Positions 19,415-29,097 of a stretch of 64,000 nucleotides of DNA are shown here, piece after piece (the stretch's first letter is position 1; every line of letters begins with the position of its first letter). The notes under the pieces are model-generated. The model was not told the origin of the DNA. It did not search any database and saw nothing but the letters and a program-made list of their open reading frames with translations. Made by a program: the position numbers and the translations under genes. The stretch spans positions 58,560-122,559 of the forward strand of contig CAWIYV010000013.1 of assembly GCA_963840455.1 (NCBI GenBank), in the 5' to 3' direction. This stretch comes from Nitrospirota bacterium. GTDB lineage: Bacteria; Nitrospirota; UBA9217.

Positions 19415-20746
19415 ATGAAGACCATTCTTCTCTATGGAGGCCTGATTCTCCTCCTGCTCCTTGCCGTGGCGATGACCGCCTACGCAGAGGAAACGATCAC
19501 CCTGGAGCAGGCCGTTGAAACGGCGCTCAAGAACAATCCAGGTCTTAAGGCTGCCGACGCCCAGGTGGAGGCGGCGCAGGCCGGCATAACCCGGTCGCGT
19601 TCTGGATTCCTGCCGAAGGTGAACCTTTCGGAGACGTGGAGCAAGACCGACAATCCCCTGATGGTCCTCGGCACCAAGCTGAACCAGGAGATCGTTACGC
19701 CGGCGGACTTCAACCCGACGGTGATGAACAATCCCGAGCCAGCATCGAACTACAACACACGGCTTTCGGTCATGCAGCCGGTGTTCAACGGCGGCAAGGA
19801 ATACCTCGGCGTGACGCAGGCGCGCCTTGCCAACGAGGCAGCGCAGCAGGACCGGAACCGGACGCGGCAGGAGACGGTGTTCAACGTCGTCAAGGCATAC
19901 TACGGCCTGCTGCTCGCGAAGGAGTACAACAAGGTGGCGCAGCAGTCCCTTGAGACGAGCGCGGCGAACGTGAAGCTGGCCGAAGCGCGGTTCAAGGCAG
20001 GCGCGGTGCTCCAGTCGGACCTGCTCCGCGCCAAGGTGCAGCTCGCCGAGGTGAAGGAGATGGCGACCCGCGCAGGGAATAGCGTGAAGCTCGCCGCCGC
20101 GAACCTGAACTATGCCATGGGCGTGTCGCAGGGGTCAGTATACGACGTCACCGGGACGCTTTCGGTCCAGGAAGTGAACGAAGACCTGGATGGTATGATC
20201 AGTGAAGCGCTTTCCCTGCGGCCGGACCTCGTATCCCTGGACCGCAACCGGAGGAACGCCGAGGCGAACGTCAAACAGGCGCGTACTGACTATATCCCGA
20301 GCCTGAACCTGATGGGCCAGGTGGATTGGAACAGCGACCGGCCTGCTGGGAACGACGCAAAGAGCTGGGCCGTGATGGCAGTGCTGCAGTGGAACCTCTT
20401 CGACGGCCTGGTGACCACGTCGCGGGTCCGCGAGGCCTCGGCTGCGGCCGGCAAAGTGAAGGCGCTGGAGGAGCAGATGCGGTCGGGTGTCCAGCTCCAG
20501 GTGCGGCAGGCCTATTACAACCTTGCTGCTTCGCAGGAGCGGATCGCGGCCACGTCGTCCTCGGTGCAGGAGGCGGAAGAGGGATTGAGGATCGTACAGA
20601 AGCGGTACGAGGTCGGCATGACAACCTTCGTCGACGTGCTCGGCGCGGAGAACGCGCTGATCCGGTCAAGGACCAACGCGCTCCAGGCATTGTACGACAA
20701 CAACGTCGCCCAGGCCGAACTGAAGCTGGCGGCGGGCATCTTGTGA
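19415..20746 (+). CDS. TolC family outer membrane efflux protein
   Basis: Signal peptide, TLEQAVETALKNNP, duplicated efflux-protein helical repeats. Confidence 0.9.
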   Translation: MKTILLYGGLILLLLLAVAMTAYAEETITLEQAVETALKNNPGLKAADAQVEAAQAGITRSRSGFLPKVNLSETWSKTDNPLMVLGTKLNQEIVTPADFNPTVMNNPEPASNYNTRLSVMQPVFNGGKEYLGVTQARLANEAAQQDRNRTRQETVFNVVKAYYGLLLAKEYNKVAQQSLETSAANVKLAEARFKAGAVLQSDLLRAKVQLAEVKEMATRAGNSVKLAAANLNYAMGVSQGSVYDVTGTLSVQEVNEDLDGMISEALSLRPDLVSLDRNRRNAEANVKQARTDYIPSLNLMGQVDWNSDRPAGNDAKSWAVMAVLQWNLFDGLVTTSRVREASAAAGKVKALEEQMRSGVQLQVRQAYYNLAASQERIAATSSSVQEAEEGLRIVQKRYEVGMTTFVDVLGAENALIRSRTNALQALYDNNVAQAELKLAAGIL

Positions 20747-20798
20747 TAGAATTTAAGAAGAACAGAGCAGCGTCTTACGAGACAAGGGAGAACCAGTC

Positions 20799-21896
20799 AT
20801 GATCAATCTCCATACCATCGAAAACAAGTTCAAAGAACTCGATAAAAAAGTGCTTTTCGCAGGGATCGCCGTCATTGCGCTCGCGGTGATCGCGGGCATC
20901 AGTTACCGGATCCTCGGGAGGCAGGGCGGCCCTGCCGGAGCGCCGGCATCCGGGGAATCCATCGCGGTCCCGGTCGTCATGGTCGAGCCGCGCAATATCG
21001 AATCCGTGGTGACCGCGGCCGGGGCGCTGAGTTCGAAGAACTCTTCGGTGCTCTCGGGCAAGGTTATGGGCAGGGTGGTCGCGCTCAACGTCCACGAGGG
21101 GGACCAGGTGGCCGAAGGCAGGCTCCTGATGAAGATCGACAGCGGCGAGATCACGGCCCAGGCGATCCAGGCCCAGGCAGCGTACAACAATGCGAAGCTC
21201 CAGTATGACCGCATCAAGAGCCTCTACGACGCGACGGCATCGACCCAGATGGAGATGGACCATGCAACCCTCGGCCTCGAGACGGCACAGGCGGGTCTCC
21301 GGGCGGCGAAGGCCATGGAAAGCTACACGATCATCACGGCGCCCATTGCGGGGCAGATCGTGGAAAAGAAGATCAACCTGGGCGAAATGGCCATGCCCGG
21401 CCAGCCCCTCATCAAGATCGAGGACAACAGGAACCTGAGGCTTGAAGTAACGGTGCGGGAACAGGACATACTCCAGATCCGGCCCGGAGCGGCCGTCAAG
21501 GTGCAGATCGACGCCATGCCCGGCAAGGACATCGCCGGCACGGTGTCGCAGGTCGTTCCCGCGTCCGATATACGGACCCATTCGTTCATTGTAAAGATCG
21601 ACATCCCCGCCGACAAGGGGCTCATCACCGGCATGTACGGCAAGGCATTCTTCACGCTCGGCAAGCACGAGGCTATCGTGGTGCCGAAGACGGCGGTGGT
21701 GGAGATGTCCGGCATCACCGGCGTGTACATCCTTTCCGGCGCCGAGACCGCCCTGTTCCAGATGGTCCAGCTTGGCGCCGATCACGGTGACCAGGTCGAG
21801 GTGGTGACGGGCCTGAAGAAGGGCGATAAGGTCGTCGCGGACCAGAGGAGCGGACGGCTGGATGGAAAAAAGGTCGTACCGGCGAAGAACATCTGA
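20799..21896 (+). CDS. RND periplasmic adaptor (membrane fusion protein)
   Basis: N-terminal TM; V.EGDQV, ITAPIAGQI, GLKKGDKVV. Confidence 0.9.
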   Translation: MINLHTIENKFKELDKKVLFAGIAVIALAVIAGISYRILGRQGGPAGAPASGESIAVPVVMVEPRNIESVVTAAGALSSKNSSVLSGKVMGRVVALNVHEGDQVAEGRLLMKIDSGEITAQAIQAQAAYNNAKLQYDRIKSLYDATASTQMEMDHATLGLETAQAGLRAAKAMESYTIITAPIAGQIVEKKINLGEMAMPGQPLIKIEDNRNLRLEVTVREQDILQIRPGAAVKVQIDAMPGKDIAGTVSQVVPASDIRTHSFIVKIDIPADKGLITGMYGKAFFTLGKHEAIVVPKTAVVEMSGITGVYILSGAETALFQMVQLGADHGDQVEVVTGLKKGDKVVADQRSGRLDGKKVVPAKNI

Positions 21897-21991
21897 CACG
21901 GGGACGGGGGGAGAGGCAGAACCGACAGGTCGACGCGGAGACAAGGGGACAAGGGGAGAGGTGCAGACACGGAGACACGGAGACGCGGAAA
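21896..21991 (+). repeat. family D octamer tract (GACRCGGD)n
   Basis: gacacggg gacggggg ... gacacgga gacacgga gacgcgga. Confidence 0.65.
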
Positions 21992-22068
21992 CGTGGTGAA
22001 AAGGCGATAAGGAGACAAGCGGATATAACAATTCCCCGCTCATCTTTTTAGTTTTCCGGCAAAAAATT

Positions 22069-22167
22069 AACGCGAAGCCGCAAGGCACGCGAAAGAGGAC
22101 AAAAAGAGACGATTGCTTTAATAAGACAATCATGACTTTCTTCGCGACCTTCGCGCCTTGGCGGTTC
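22069..22167. repeat. family C long palindrome
   Basis: aacgcgaagccgcaaggcacgcgaaag / ttcgcgaccttcgcgccttggcggtt. Confidence 0.65.
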
Positions 22168-22207
22168 CAAGGTTTTGATCCCGGTTTGTCCGGGTTAGGA
22201 TACTACA

Positions 22208-25200
22208 ATGAAACTCAACATCAGCGGCAAGATAACCCAATACTTCATCAACTCCCAGCTCACGGTCCTGCTCATGGCGGCCACGGCGATGCTGGGGCTG
22301 TTCGCGCTCGTGTTCACGCCGCGCGAGGAGAACCCCCAGATCGTGGTCCCCGCAGCGAACGTGATGGTCATGATGCCGGGCGCGCGGGCCCAGGAAGTGG
22401 AGGAGCTGGTCAGCAAGCGCCTTGAGTCAAAGCTCTGGGAGATCCCCGGCGTGGAGGATGTGTATTCCGTTTCCATGAACTCCCTGGCCGTGGTGACGGT
22501 AAAGTTCTTCGTGGGGCAGGACAAGGAACGCTCCATGGTGAAGCTCTACGACAAGATGATGTCCAACATGGATTTCGCTCCTCCCGGCGCGTCCCAGCCG
22601 CTGGTAAAGCCCATCGACGTGGACGACGTTCCGATCGTTGCCGTGACGTTCTCGCCCGCGCCGGGGGCCGCCTATGACGACGCACAGCTCCGGCTCGTGG
22701 CGGACCACGTGCTCGATGAGCTCCGGAAGGTGCCGGGTGTGGGCACGACCACGGTCATCGGCGGCCGGAGCAGGCAGGTGCGCGTCACGCTCGACCCGAT
22801 GCGCATCGCGGGCTACGGCCTCTCCCCGCTCCAGATCGCCCAGGCGATCAACGTTTCCAACGCGAACCTCATGTCCGGCGAACTTGAACAGGGGGACCGG
22901 AAGCTCTCGCTCGAGACGGGCGGGTTCTTTACCACGGCGGCCGATGTAAAGAACGCCGTGGTTGGCGTCGCGAACGGCAAGCCCGTATACCTGGGCGACG
23001 TCGCGGACATTACCGACGGGTTCGAGGAGACGTCGAAGCTGACCCGGATCGCCTTCGGGGCCGGTCATGAGCACAAGAACGGGCACGGGTCGGTTCAGGC
23101 GCTCCCTGCGCAGGCCGGCGAACGTCCTGCCGTGACCATTGCGCTGGCGAAGCGCCAGAAGCTGAACGCCGTGAAGATATCGGACCAGATCCTGGCAAAG
23201 CTTGAAGAGCTCAAGAAGTCCGAGGTCCCGCCGGGCATCGATCTGACCGTTACCCGGAACGATGGAAAGACCGCCAACGACGCAGTGAACGAACTGGTCT
23301 TCCATCTCGCGGTCTCGATCATCGTGGTCATCATCCTGCTCTATTTCGCCCTCGGCTGGCGCGAGGCGGCCATCGTGGCGCTGGCCATCCCGCTCACGCT
23401 GTTCATCACCCTTGCGATCGGCATGTTGTTTGGCCAGACGATCAACCGGATCACGCTGTTCGCGCTCATCCTTTCCCTGGGCCTGCTGGTGGACGACGCC
23501 ATCGTGGTGGTGGAGAACATCCACCGGCATTACCAGCTGGAGCAGCACTCGCGGCTTCAGGGTGCCATCCTGGCCGTGAACGAGATCGGCATGCCCACGA
23601 TCCTGGCGACCGTCACCGTGGTGCTGGCATTCATGCCCATGGCCTTTGTGACCGGCATGATGGGCTCCTACATGAAGCCGATACCGTTCAATGTGCCCGT
23701 GGCGATGGTCACTTCGCTCTTTGTTGCGTTCATCGTGACGCCCTGGGCCAGCTACCGGCTGATGAAGGGTGAAGACCATGGGGGGCATAGCCAGCCGCCG
23801 GAAGAAACGAAGATATACAAGGCCTATAAGAAGGTGCTCGGCCCGCTCCTCGAGAGCACCGGCAAGCGCAAGGTGTTCATGAGCATCATCATCGGCGTGT
23901 TCCTTGTCACGATGACCTTTCCGGCGGTGCAGTGGGTGAAGTTCCGCATGCTGCCCAAGGCGAACAAGAACACCTTCCTGGTCTCCATCGACATGCCCGC
24001 GGGCACGGCACTGGAGAACACGGACCGCGTGGCCCGCGCCGTGGGGGACTATCTCCGCCGTATCCCCGAGGTCAAGGATTATGAGTCCTTTGTCGGTACG
24101 GGGTCGGTGATAGATTTCAACGGCCTGCTCCGGGGCGGCGCGTTCCGCGAGGCGAGCCACTTTGCCGATATCCGGGTGAACCTGACCGATAAGGAAGAGC
24201 GGTCCCGCTCGAGCGAGAAACTGGTGCTCGCGATACGGCCGGACCTCGACAAGCTCGCGAAAGAACAAGGCGCGAACATCAAGCTCGTGGAGGACCCCCC
24301 GGGACCTCCGGTCCGCGCCACGGTGGTTGCCGAGATCACGGGCCCTGACTACAACAAGCAGCGGGAGATCGCCGGCGACATACGTGCGCTCTTCGCGAAG
24401 ACCGCCGAGGTCGTGGACATCGACGACAGCGTGAAGGAGAAACAGGAAAAGTACCAGCTGGTCGTGGACAAGGAGAAGGCCGCCCTTTCGGGCATCTCAA
24501 CGGAACAGATCGTCCAGACGATGCGCATGTCCGTGGCGGGCATGGCGGTCTCGACTCTGCACAAACCCGAGGCAAAGAACCCCATTGCCATCTTCCTGCG
24601 GCTCCCCAAGGGGGAGCGAGCGGGGCTGTCTGACCTTGACAAGGTGTTCGTGTCCGGACCGCAGGGGAACCAGGTCCCGTTGTCTTCCCTGGTGAAGGTG
24701 GTGCCGTCGGAGATGGACAAGGCTGTCTACCACAAGAACCTCGAACCCGTGACCTATGTGTACGGTGAAATGGGGGACCGCAGCCAGGTCTACGCCGTGA
24801 TCGACATGATGAAGCATCTCTGGAAGCACCCCCTGCCGGAAGGATACAAGATCAAGTGGGACGGCGAGATGAAGCTCACGCTCGATGTCTTCCGCGACCT
24901 GGGCGCGGCCATGGGCGTGGCGCTCATCGCCATCTACCTCCTGCTGGTCGGCAGGTTCCGGTCCTTCACGATCCCCGTGGTCATCATGGCTGCCATCCCG
25001 CTCTCGATGATCGGGATCATGCCGGGTTTCGCGCTCACGGGAGTGTACTTCAGCGCGACATCCATGATCGGGGTGATCGCCCTGGCGGGCATCGTGGTGC
25101 GGAACTCCATCGTGCTGCTGGAGTTCATCCTGGACAAGAAGAACGAGGGCATGCCGCTCATCCAGGCGCTGCTCGAGGCCGGGGCAATCCGGACGCGGCC

Positions 25201-25378
25201 CATCGTGCTCACGGCGGCCGCGGCCATCCTCGGCTCTGCCGTGATCGTCACCGACCCGGTATGGTCCGGTCTGGCGCTGGCGCTCATCTTCGGGATGCTG
25301 GCATCAACGGCCCTGACCCTGGTGGTGATACCGCTCTTCTATTTTATGATCGAGAGGAAGCACTGGGAAACGGTCTGA
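22208..25378 (+). CDS. RND efflux permease subunit
   Basis: 1056 aa; GLLVDDAIVVVENI, GIVVRNSIVL, RTRPIVLT. Confidence 0.93.
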   Translation: MKLNISGKITQYFINSQLTVLLMAATAMLGLFALVFTPREENPQIVVPAANVMVMMPGARAQEVEELVSKRLESKLWEIPGVEDVYSVSMNSLAVVTVKFFVGQDKERSMVKLYDKMMSNMDFAPPGASQPLVKPIDVDDVPIVAVTFSPAPGAAYDDAQLRLVADHVLDELRKVPGVGTTTVIGGRSRQVRVTLDPMRIAGYGLSPLQIAQAINVSNANLMSGELEQGDRKLSLETGGFFTTAADVKNAVVGVANGKPVYLGDVADITDGFEETSKLTRIAFGAGHEHKNGHGSVQALPAQAGERPAVTIALAKRQKLNAVKISDQILAKLEELKKSEVPPGIDLTVTRNDGKTANDAVNELVFHLAVSIIVVIILLYFALGWREAAIVALAIPLTLFITLAIGMLFGQTINRITLFALILSLGLLVDDAIVVVENIHRHYQLEQHSRLQGAILAVNEIGMPTILATVTVVLAFMPMAFVTGMMGSYMKPIPFNVPVAMVTSLFVAFIVTPWASYRLMKGEDHGGHSQPPEETKIYKAYKKVLGPLLESTGKRKVFMSIIIGVFLVTMTFPAVQWVKFRMLPKANKNTFLVSIDMPAGTALENTDRVARAVGDYLRRIPEVKDYESFVGTGSVIDFNGLLRGGAFREASHFADIRVNLTDKEERSRSSEKLVLAIRPDLDKLAKEQGANIKLVEDPPGPPVRATVVAEITGPDYNKQREIAGDIRALFAKTAEVVDIDDSVKEKQEKYQLVVDKEKAALSGISTEQIVQTMRMSVAGMAVSTLHKPEAKNPIAIFLRLPKGERAGLSDLDKVFVSGPQGNQVPLSSLVKVVPSEMDKAVYHKNLEPVTYVYGEMGDRSQVYAVIDMMKHLWKHPLPEGYKIKWDGEMKLTLDVFRDLGAAMGVALIAIYLLLVGRFRSFTIPVVIMAAIPLSMIGIMPGFALTGVYFSATSMIGVIALAGIVVRNSIVLLEFILDKKNEGMPLIQALLEAGAIRTRPIVLTAAAAILGSAVIVTDPVWSGLALALIFGMLASTALTLVVIPLFYFMIERKHWETV

Positions 25379-25440
25379 AACTGACACGGTGACGGGAGGA
25401 CGCGGAGACACGGAGACAGGACGATCTAAAAGCATTTTGA

Positions 25441-25567
25441 CACGGAAAGATCGGATTGACGCCAGATAAGGGCGGATTAAATCTAATATGAGACCCTCAC
25501 CAGAATGGCGACGATCTTTAAATGAAAAATCCGAGTTTATCCGGTTCTCATCAGATCTGATCCGTGG
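25441..25567. repeat. family C-like long palindrome, preceded by a family D octamer tract (25383-25417)
   Basis: cacggaaagatcggatt...ggcggatt / aatccgagtttatccgg...tgatccgtg. Confidence 0.55.
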
Positions 25568-25599
25568 CGAAGGCTCTTTTGAGGATAAAGGAGGCAAAC

Positions 25600-26337
25600 A
25601 TGACGGATTCATGTGTTAGCGTTTCGTGCAAGGAATGGATCAGCACGGTAACGATCGATAATCAGCCGAACAACTATCTGGACAAGGACATTCTCGCTGA
25701 TATGAACAGGACCGTCAGCGAGGTCCATGGATCGCAGGCGGACCTCCGGGTGGTGCTGTTCACGGCAAAGGGCCGGAACTTCTCGGCCGGCATCGACTAT
25801 GCTGCGCTGGCCACAATGACGAAGGAGGAGGCCGGGCATTTTGCCGAGATCGGGTACAGTCTGTTGAAGCACATCGAGGCCCTGCCGGTCCCGGTCATTG
25901 CTGCGGTGAAGGGCGAGACCACGGGGGCGGGCCTGGGTCTTGCCCTGGCCGCGGACATTCGCATCGCGTCGTCGGACTCGGTCTTCTCGTTCCCCGAAGC
26001 GCGGCTTGGAATGCCGCCTATCTTCGGTTCTTCCCAGCGTCTGTACAAGACCGTGGGAGTGGGCCGCGCCAAGGAGCTGCTGTTCACCGGCAGGACCGTG
26101 GACGCCGAAGAGGCGCTCAGGATCGGGCTGGTGAATGCCGTGGTCCCCGTGGATGCGCTCGATGCGGAAGCGGAACGGCTCGCCGTCCGGATCGCCGGCA
26201 ACAGTCTGAGCTCGCTCAGGTCCATCAAGATGCTGATAAACTACGGATTGAGCGAAGGATACGAAACGGGTCTGAAGGAAGAGGTGACAGCCTTCAGCGA
26301 GGCGTTCAATCCGGACACGAAACAGTGGGAACGATAA
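25600..26337 (+). CDS. enoyl-CoA hydratase/isomerase family protein
   Basis: FSAGID, PVIAAVKG..TGAGLGLALAADIRIA, FPEARLG. Confidence 0.88.
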   Translation: MTDSCVSVSCKEWISTVTIDNQPNNYLDKDILADMNRTVSEVHGSQADLRVVLFTAKGRNFSAGIDYAALATMTKEEAGHFAEIGYSLLKHIEALPVPVIAAVKGETTGAGLGLALAADIRIASSDSVFSFPEARLGMPPIFGSSQRLYKTVGVGRAKELLFTGRTVDAEEALRIGLVNAVVPVDALDAEAERLAVRIAGNSLSSLRSIKMLINYGLSEGYETGLKEEVTAFSEAFNPDTKQWER

Positions 26338-26452
26338 TAGGATTGAACATTGAGGATTGGAAATTGAAAAGGGAAGAGCGAAAGCGCCAGCATAACAAAG
26401 GCTCAATTTTCAAGTTTCAATTTAACTTTTTCAATGCGATCGGAGGGAGCGT

Positions 26453-26677
26453 ATGTACATCGCAAACAGCAAGACGTGGTACCTGGAACGGCTGATCAGG
26501 CTCGCAGCAGGCATATTCGTGCTCGGGAGCGTGCTCCTGGGCCTGTTCGTGCACCCGGGATTCTTCTATTTCACGGGCCTCGTGGGCCTCATGCTCGTGA
26601 TTTTTGCCTTGACAGGCTTCTGTCCCATGAGTATTATTCTCTACGCTTTCGGCGCGCGCGAGCGCTGCCGCTGTTGA
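26453..26677 (+). CDS. DUF2892 (YgaP-like) membrane protein
   Basis: ERLIRLAAG, two TMs, ALTGFCPM. Confidence 0.85.
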   Translation: MYIANSKTWYLERLIRLAAGIFVLGSVLLGLFVHPGFFYFTGLVGLMLVIFALTGFCPMSIILYAFGARERCRC

Positions 26678-26702
26678 TCGAAAGAAGGAAGGAGACAATA
26701 CA

Positions 26703-26903
26703 ATGCCGTTCTATGAATACCTGTGCGACGCCTGCGGCAAGGAGTTCGTCCTGCTGCAGTCCATGACGACGAAGGAAGCGGACACCGTCTGCCCCTATTG
26801 CAGCGAGAAGAGGTCCAAGAAGCTCATGTCCAAGTTCTCATCGCTCGGCACCGGCGACCACTCGGTCTGCGGTCTCGGCTCCGGCGGTTTTGGAGGCGGC
26901 TGA
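26703..26903 (+). CDS. FmdB family zinc-ribbon protein
   Basis: MPFYEYLCDACG..F, CPYC, KLMSKF. Confidence 0.85.
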   Translation: MPFYEYLCDACGKEFVLLQSMTTKEADTVCPYCSEKRSKKLMSKFSSLGTGDHSVCGLGSGGFGGG

Positions 26904-26944
26904 GGCTCCTGATCGGTCCGCCGTGTGCGGACAATGACCATTAC

Positions 26945-26982
26945 AGCCCGGGTGCCGAAAGGTCCCCGGGCTTTCTTTTTTC
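26945..26982 (+). terminator. intrinsic terminator of the RND operon
   Basis: AGCCCGGG..ccGAAAgg..CCCGGGCT followed by a T-tract. Confidence 0.75.
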
Positions 26983-27040
26983 CCCTGTCTGTGCTACCCT
27001 CGCCGTACCGTAGGATCAACCCCTTGCTAGACCTTTGACC

Positions 27041-27328
27041 ATGGCCGAACATCCGCTGACCAAGACCACCCCTGTCATAGACCGCGAGAAGATCATCATG
27101 CCGCGGTACAAGGTCCTGCTGCATAATGACGACGTGAACACCATGGAGCATGTTCTGAAAGCGCTCCGGAAGGTTTTCAATTTTGAAGAGCAGGAGTGTA
27201 TGCGCATCATGATCGAAGCGCACAACAACGGCCTGGCGCTCTGCACGGTAGAGCCCCTGGAGCAGGCTGAGCATCACCGGGACCAGCTTCTGTCGTTCTC
27301 GCTGGTGGCGTCCATAGAGCCGGAATGA
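27041..27328 (+). CDS. clpS: ATP-dependent Clp protease adaptor ClpS
   Basis: YKVLLHNDDVNTMEHV, MIEAHNNG. Confidence 0.92.
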   Translation: MAEHPLTKTTPVIDREKIIMPRYKVLLHNDDVNTMEHVLKALRKVFNFEEQECMRIMIEAHNNGLALCTVEPLEQAEHHRDQLLSFSLVASIEPE

Positions 27329-27452
27329 AATTCTGACAAGGGGACACGGTGACACGGGGACGCGGGGACACAAACAAAAAGGTAGCCGCAGGACTTCGGC
27401 GAGCTCAATCGAGTCGCTTTAGCCTGCGTTGAGACGGCAGAACAACCAAACC

Positions 27453-28634
27453 ATGCAAAAAAGCAAAATATTGATCACCTGCGCCAAGGGCATCCCAACC
27501 TTCCTGAAGAACGAACTCCTCGCTCTCGGTTTTCCCGTCCTGTCCGAGGCCGTTGCCGGCGTCGAGACCCAAGGGACCCTTGACGACACGCAAAAACTGA
27601 ACCTGTTCCTCCGAACTGCGCACCGCGTGCTCTTTGTCCTGAAGGAGTTCGAGGCGAATGACGCCGATGCCCTCTACCGGGAGCTGTCGCGCATTGCCTG
27701 GGAGGAGCTCATCCCGGCTGACGGGTACGTGTGCGTGACCTCGAGCGTCGAGACGCCGGCGATCCGGGACACGCGCTTCGCCAGCCTCAGGTGCAAGGAC
27801 GCCATCGTTGACCGGATCAAGGACAAACGCGGGACAAGGCCCGATTCCGGCCCCGAACGCGGCCGGAGCGTGGTGCATCTGTACTGGAAGGACAGCCGCT
27901 GCACCGTGTACCTCGACACATCGGGGGAATCGCTTTCCCGCCGCGGCTACCGGAAGATCCCGCTTGCGGCGCCGATGCAGGAGACGCTGGCTGCTGCTGT
28001 CGTGCTGGCAACAGGCTGGCAGGGCAAGGGGAGCTTCGTCAATCCCATGTGCGGCAGCGGGACCCTGGCCATCGAGGCGGCGCTCATCGCGTTGGACCGC
28101 GCGCCGGGATCGCACCGCGGCAATTTCGGATTCATGCATGTCCCGGGATACAACGAGGTCTTGTGGCAGGAACTTCGCGAAGACGCCCGGAAACGATCGA
28201 AGAAGGAGCTCTCCGGCAGGATCATCGCGACGGATATCGATCCTAATGCGGTCGAGGCTGCGAAGAAGAACGCTGTTACGGCAGGCGTGGGCCATCTGAT
28301 CGAGTTCGGCGTCTGCGATTTCGCGGAAACGCAGGTGCCTGAGGGCGGTGGCGTGATGATCATGAACCCGGAGTACGGCGAGCGGATGGGCGAGGCCGCA
28401 CAGCTTGAAGCGGTCTATAAAGGCATCGGTGATTTTCTGAAACAGAAGTGCGGGGGATATACGGGCTATGTGTTCACCGGCAGTCCAGCCCTGGCAAAGA
28501 GGGTGAGCCTCAAGCCGAAGCGCAGCATCCCGTTCTGGAACAGCGGGATCGAATGCCGGCTTCTTGAATACGAGCTGTATGAAGGAAGCAGAAAGAAACA
28601 GACGCGGGGACGCGGGGACGCGGAGACGCGGTGA
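27453..28634 (+). CDS. THUMP-domain RNA methyltransferase (RlmL-like)
   Basis: LDTSGESLSRRGYR, APMQETLAAA, PMCGSGT, NPEYGER; last ~10 codons derive from octamer repeats. Confidence 0.88.
   Translation: MQKSKILITCAKGIPTFLKNELLALGFPVLSEAVAGVETQGTLDDTQKLNLFLRTAHRVLFVLKEFEANDADALYRELSRIAWEELIPADGYVCVTSSVETPAIRDTRFASLRCKDAIVDRIKDKRGTRPDSGPERGRSVVHLYWKDSRCTVYLDTSGESLSRRGYRKIPLAAPMQETLAAAVVLATGWQGKGSFVNPMCGSGTLAIEAALIALDRAPGSHRGNFGFMHVPGYNEVLWQELREDARKRSKKELSGRIIATDIDPNAVEAAKKNAVTAGVGHLIEFGVCDFAETQVPEGGGVMIMNPEYGERMGEAAQLEAVYKGIGDFLKQKCGGYTGYVFTGSPALAKRVSLKPKRSIPFWNSGIECRLLEYELYEGSRKKQTRGRGDAETR
28601..28632 (+). repeat. family D octamer array, left arm
   Basis: gacgcggg gacgcggg gacgcgga gacgcggt. 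Confidence 0.8.
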
Positions 28635-28647
28635 TGGAGGCAGCAGC

Positions 28648-29040
28648 ATGGCAAATATCAGGAGTCATCGAGAGCTCAAAGTCTGGCAGGAATCGATGGA
28701 TGCGGCAATGGAGATCTATAAGCTTACGAAGTCATTTCCGGCAGATGAAAAATATTCTCTCGTGGATCAGATTCGTCGCTCCTCACGATCGGTGGCAGCC
28801 AATATCGCCGAAGCGTGGAGAAAAAGAAGGTACGAGGCCGCTTTTAAAAGCAAGTTAAGTGACTCTGAATCGGAAGCATGTGAAACCCAAACATGGATCG
28901 AGATAGCGCTGCGATGTGCTTATCTGGAAAAATCGATGGCTGATAGGCTGGACAAGAGATATGAGAACATTATGGCGAAGCTCGTTATAATGATTCGCGA
29001 TGCAAACAAGTGGACGATTCGGGACACATCGATTGAATGA
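28648..29040 (+). CDS. four-helix-bundle protein (23S rRNA intervening-sequence protein family)
   Basis: HRELKVWQ, FPADEKYSLVDQIRRSSRSVAANIAEAW, EACETQTW; GGAGG RBS. Confidence 0.92.
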   Translation: MANIRSHRELKVWQESMDAAMEIYKLTKSFPADEKYSLVDQIRRSSRSVAANIAEAWRKRRYEAAFKSKLSDSESEACETQTWIEIALRCAYLEKSMADRLDKRYENIMAKLVIMIRDANKWTIRDTSIE

Positions 29041-29057
29041 TCGTTCAGACACTTATC

Positions 29058-29089
29058 TCCGTGTCACCGCGTCCCCCCGTCTCCGTGTC
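29058..29089 (-). repeat. family D octamer array, right (inverted) arm
   Basis: tccgtgtc accgcgtc cccccgtc tccgtgtc, the reverse complement of the left-arm units. Confidence 0.8.
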
Positions 29090-29097
29090 GGAAGTTC

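Noticed and set aside
28648-29040. Diversity-generating retroelement (Avd-like fold; DUF1566 as target)
   Set aside because: No reverse transcriptase and no TR/VR pair with adenine-specific mismatches seen
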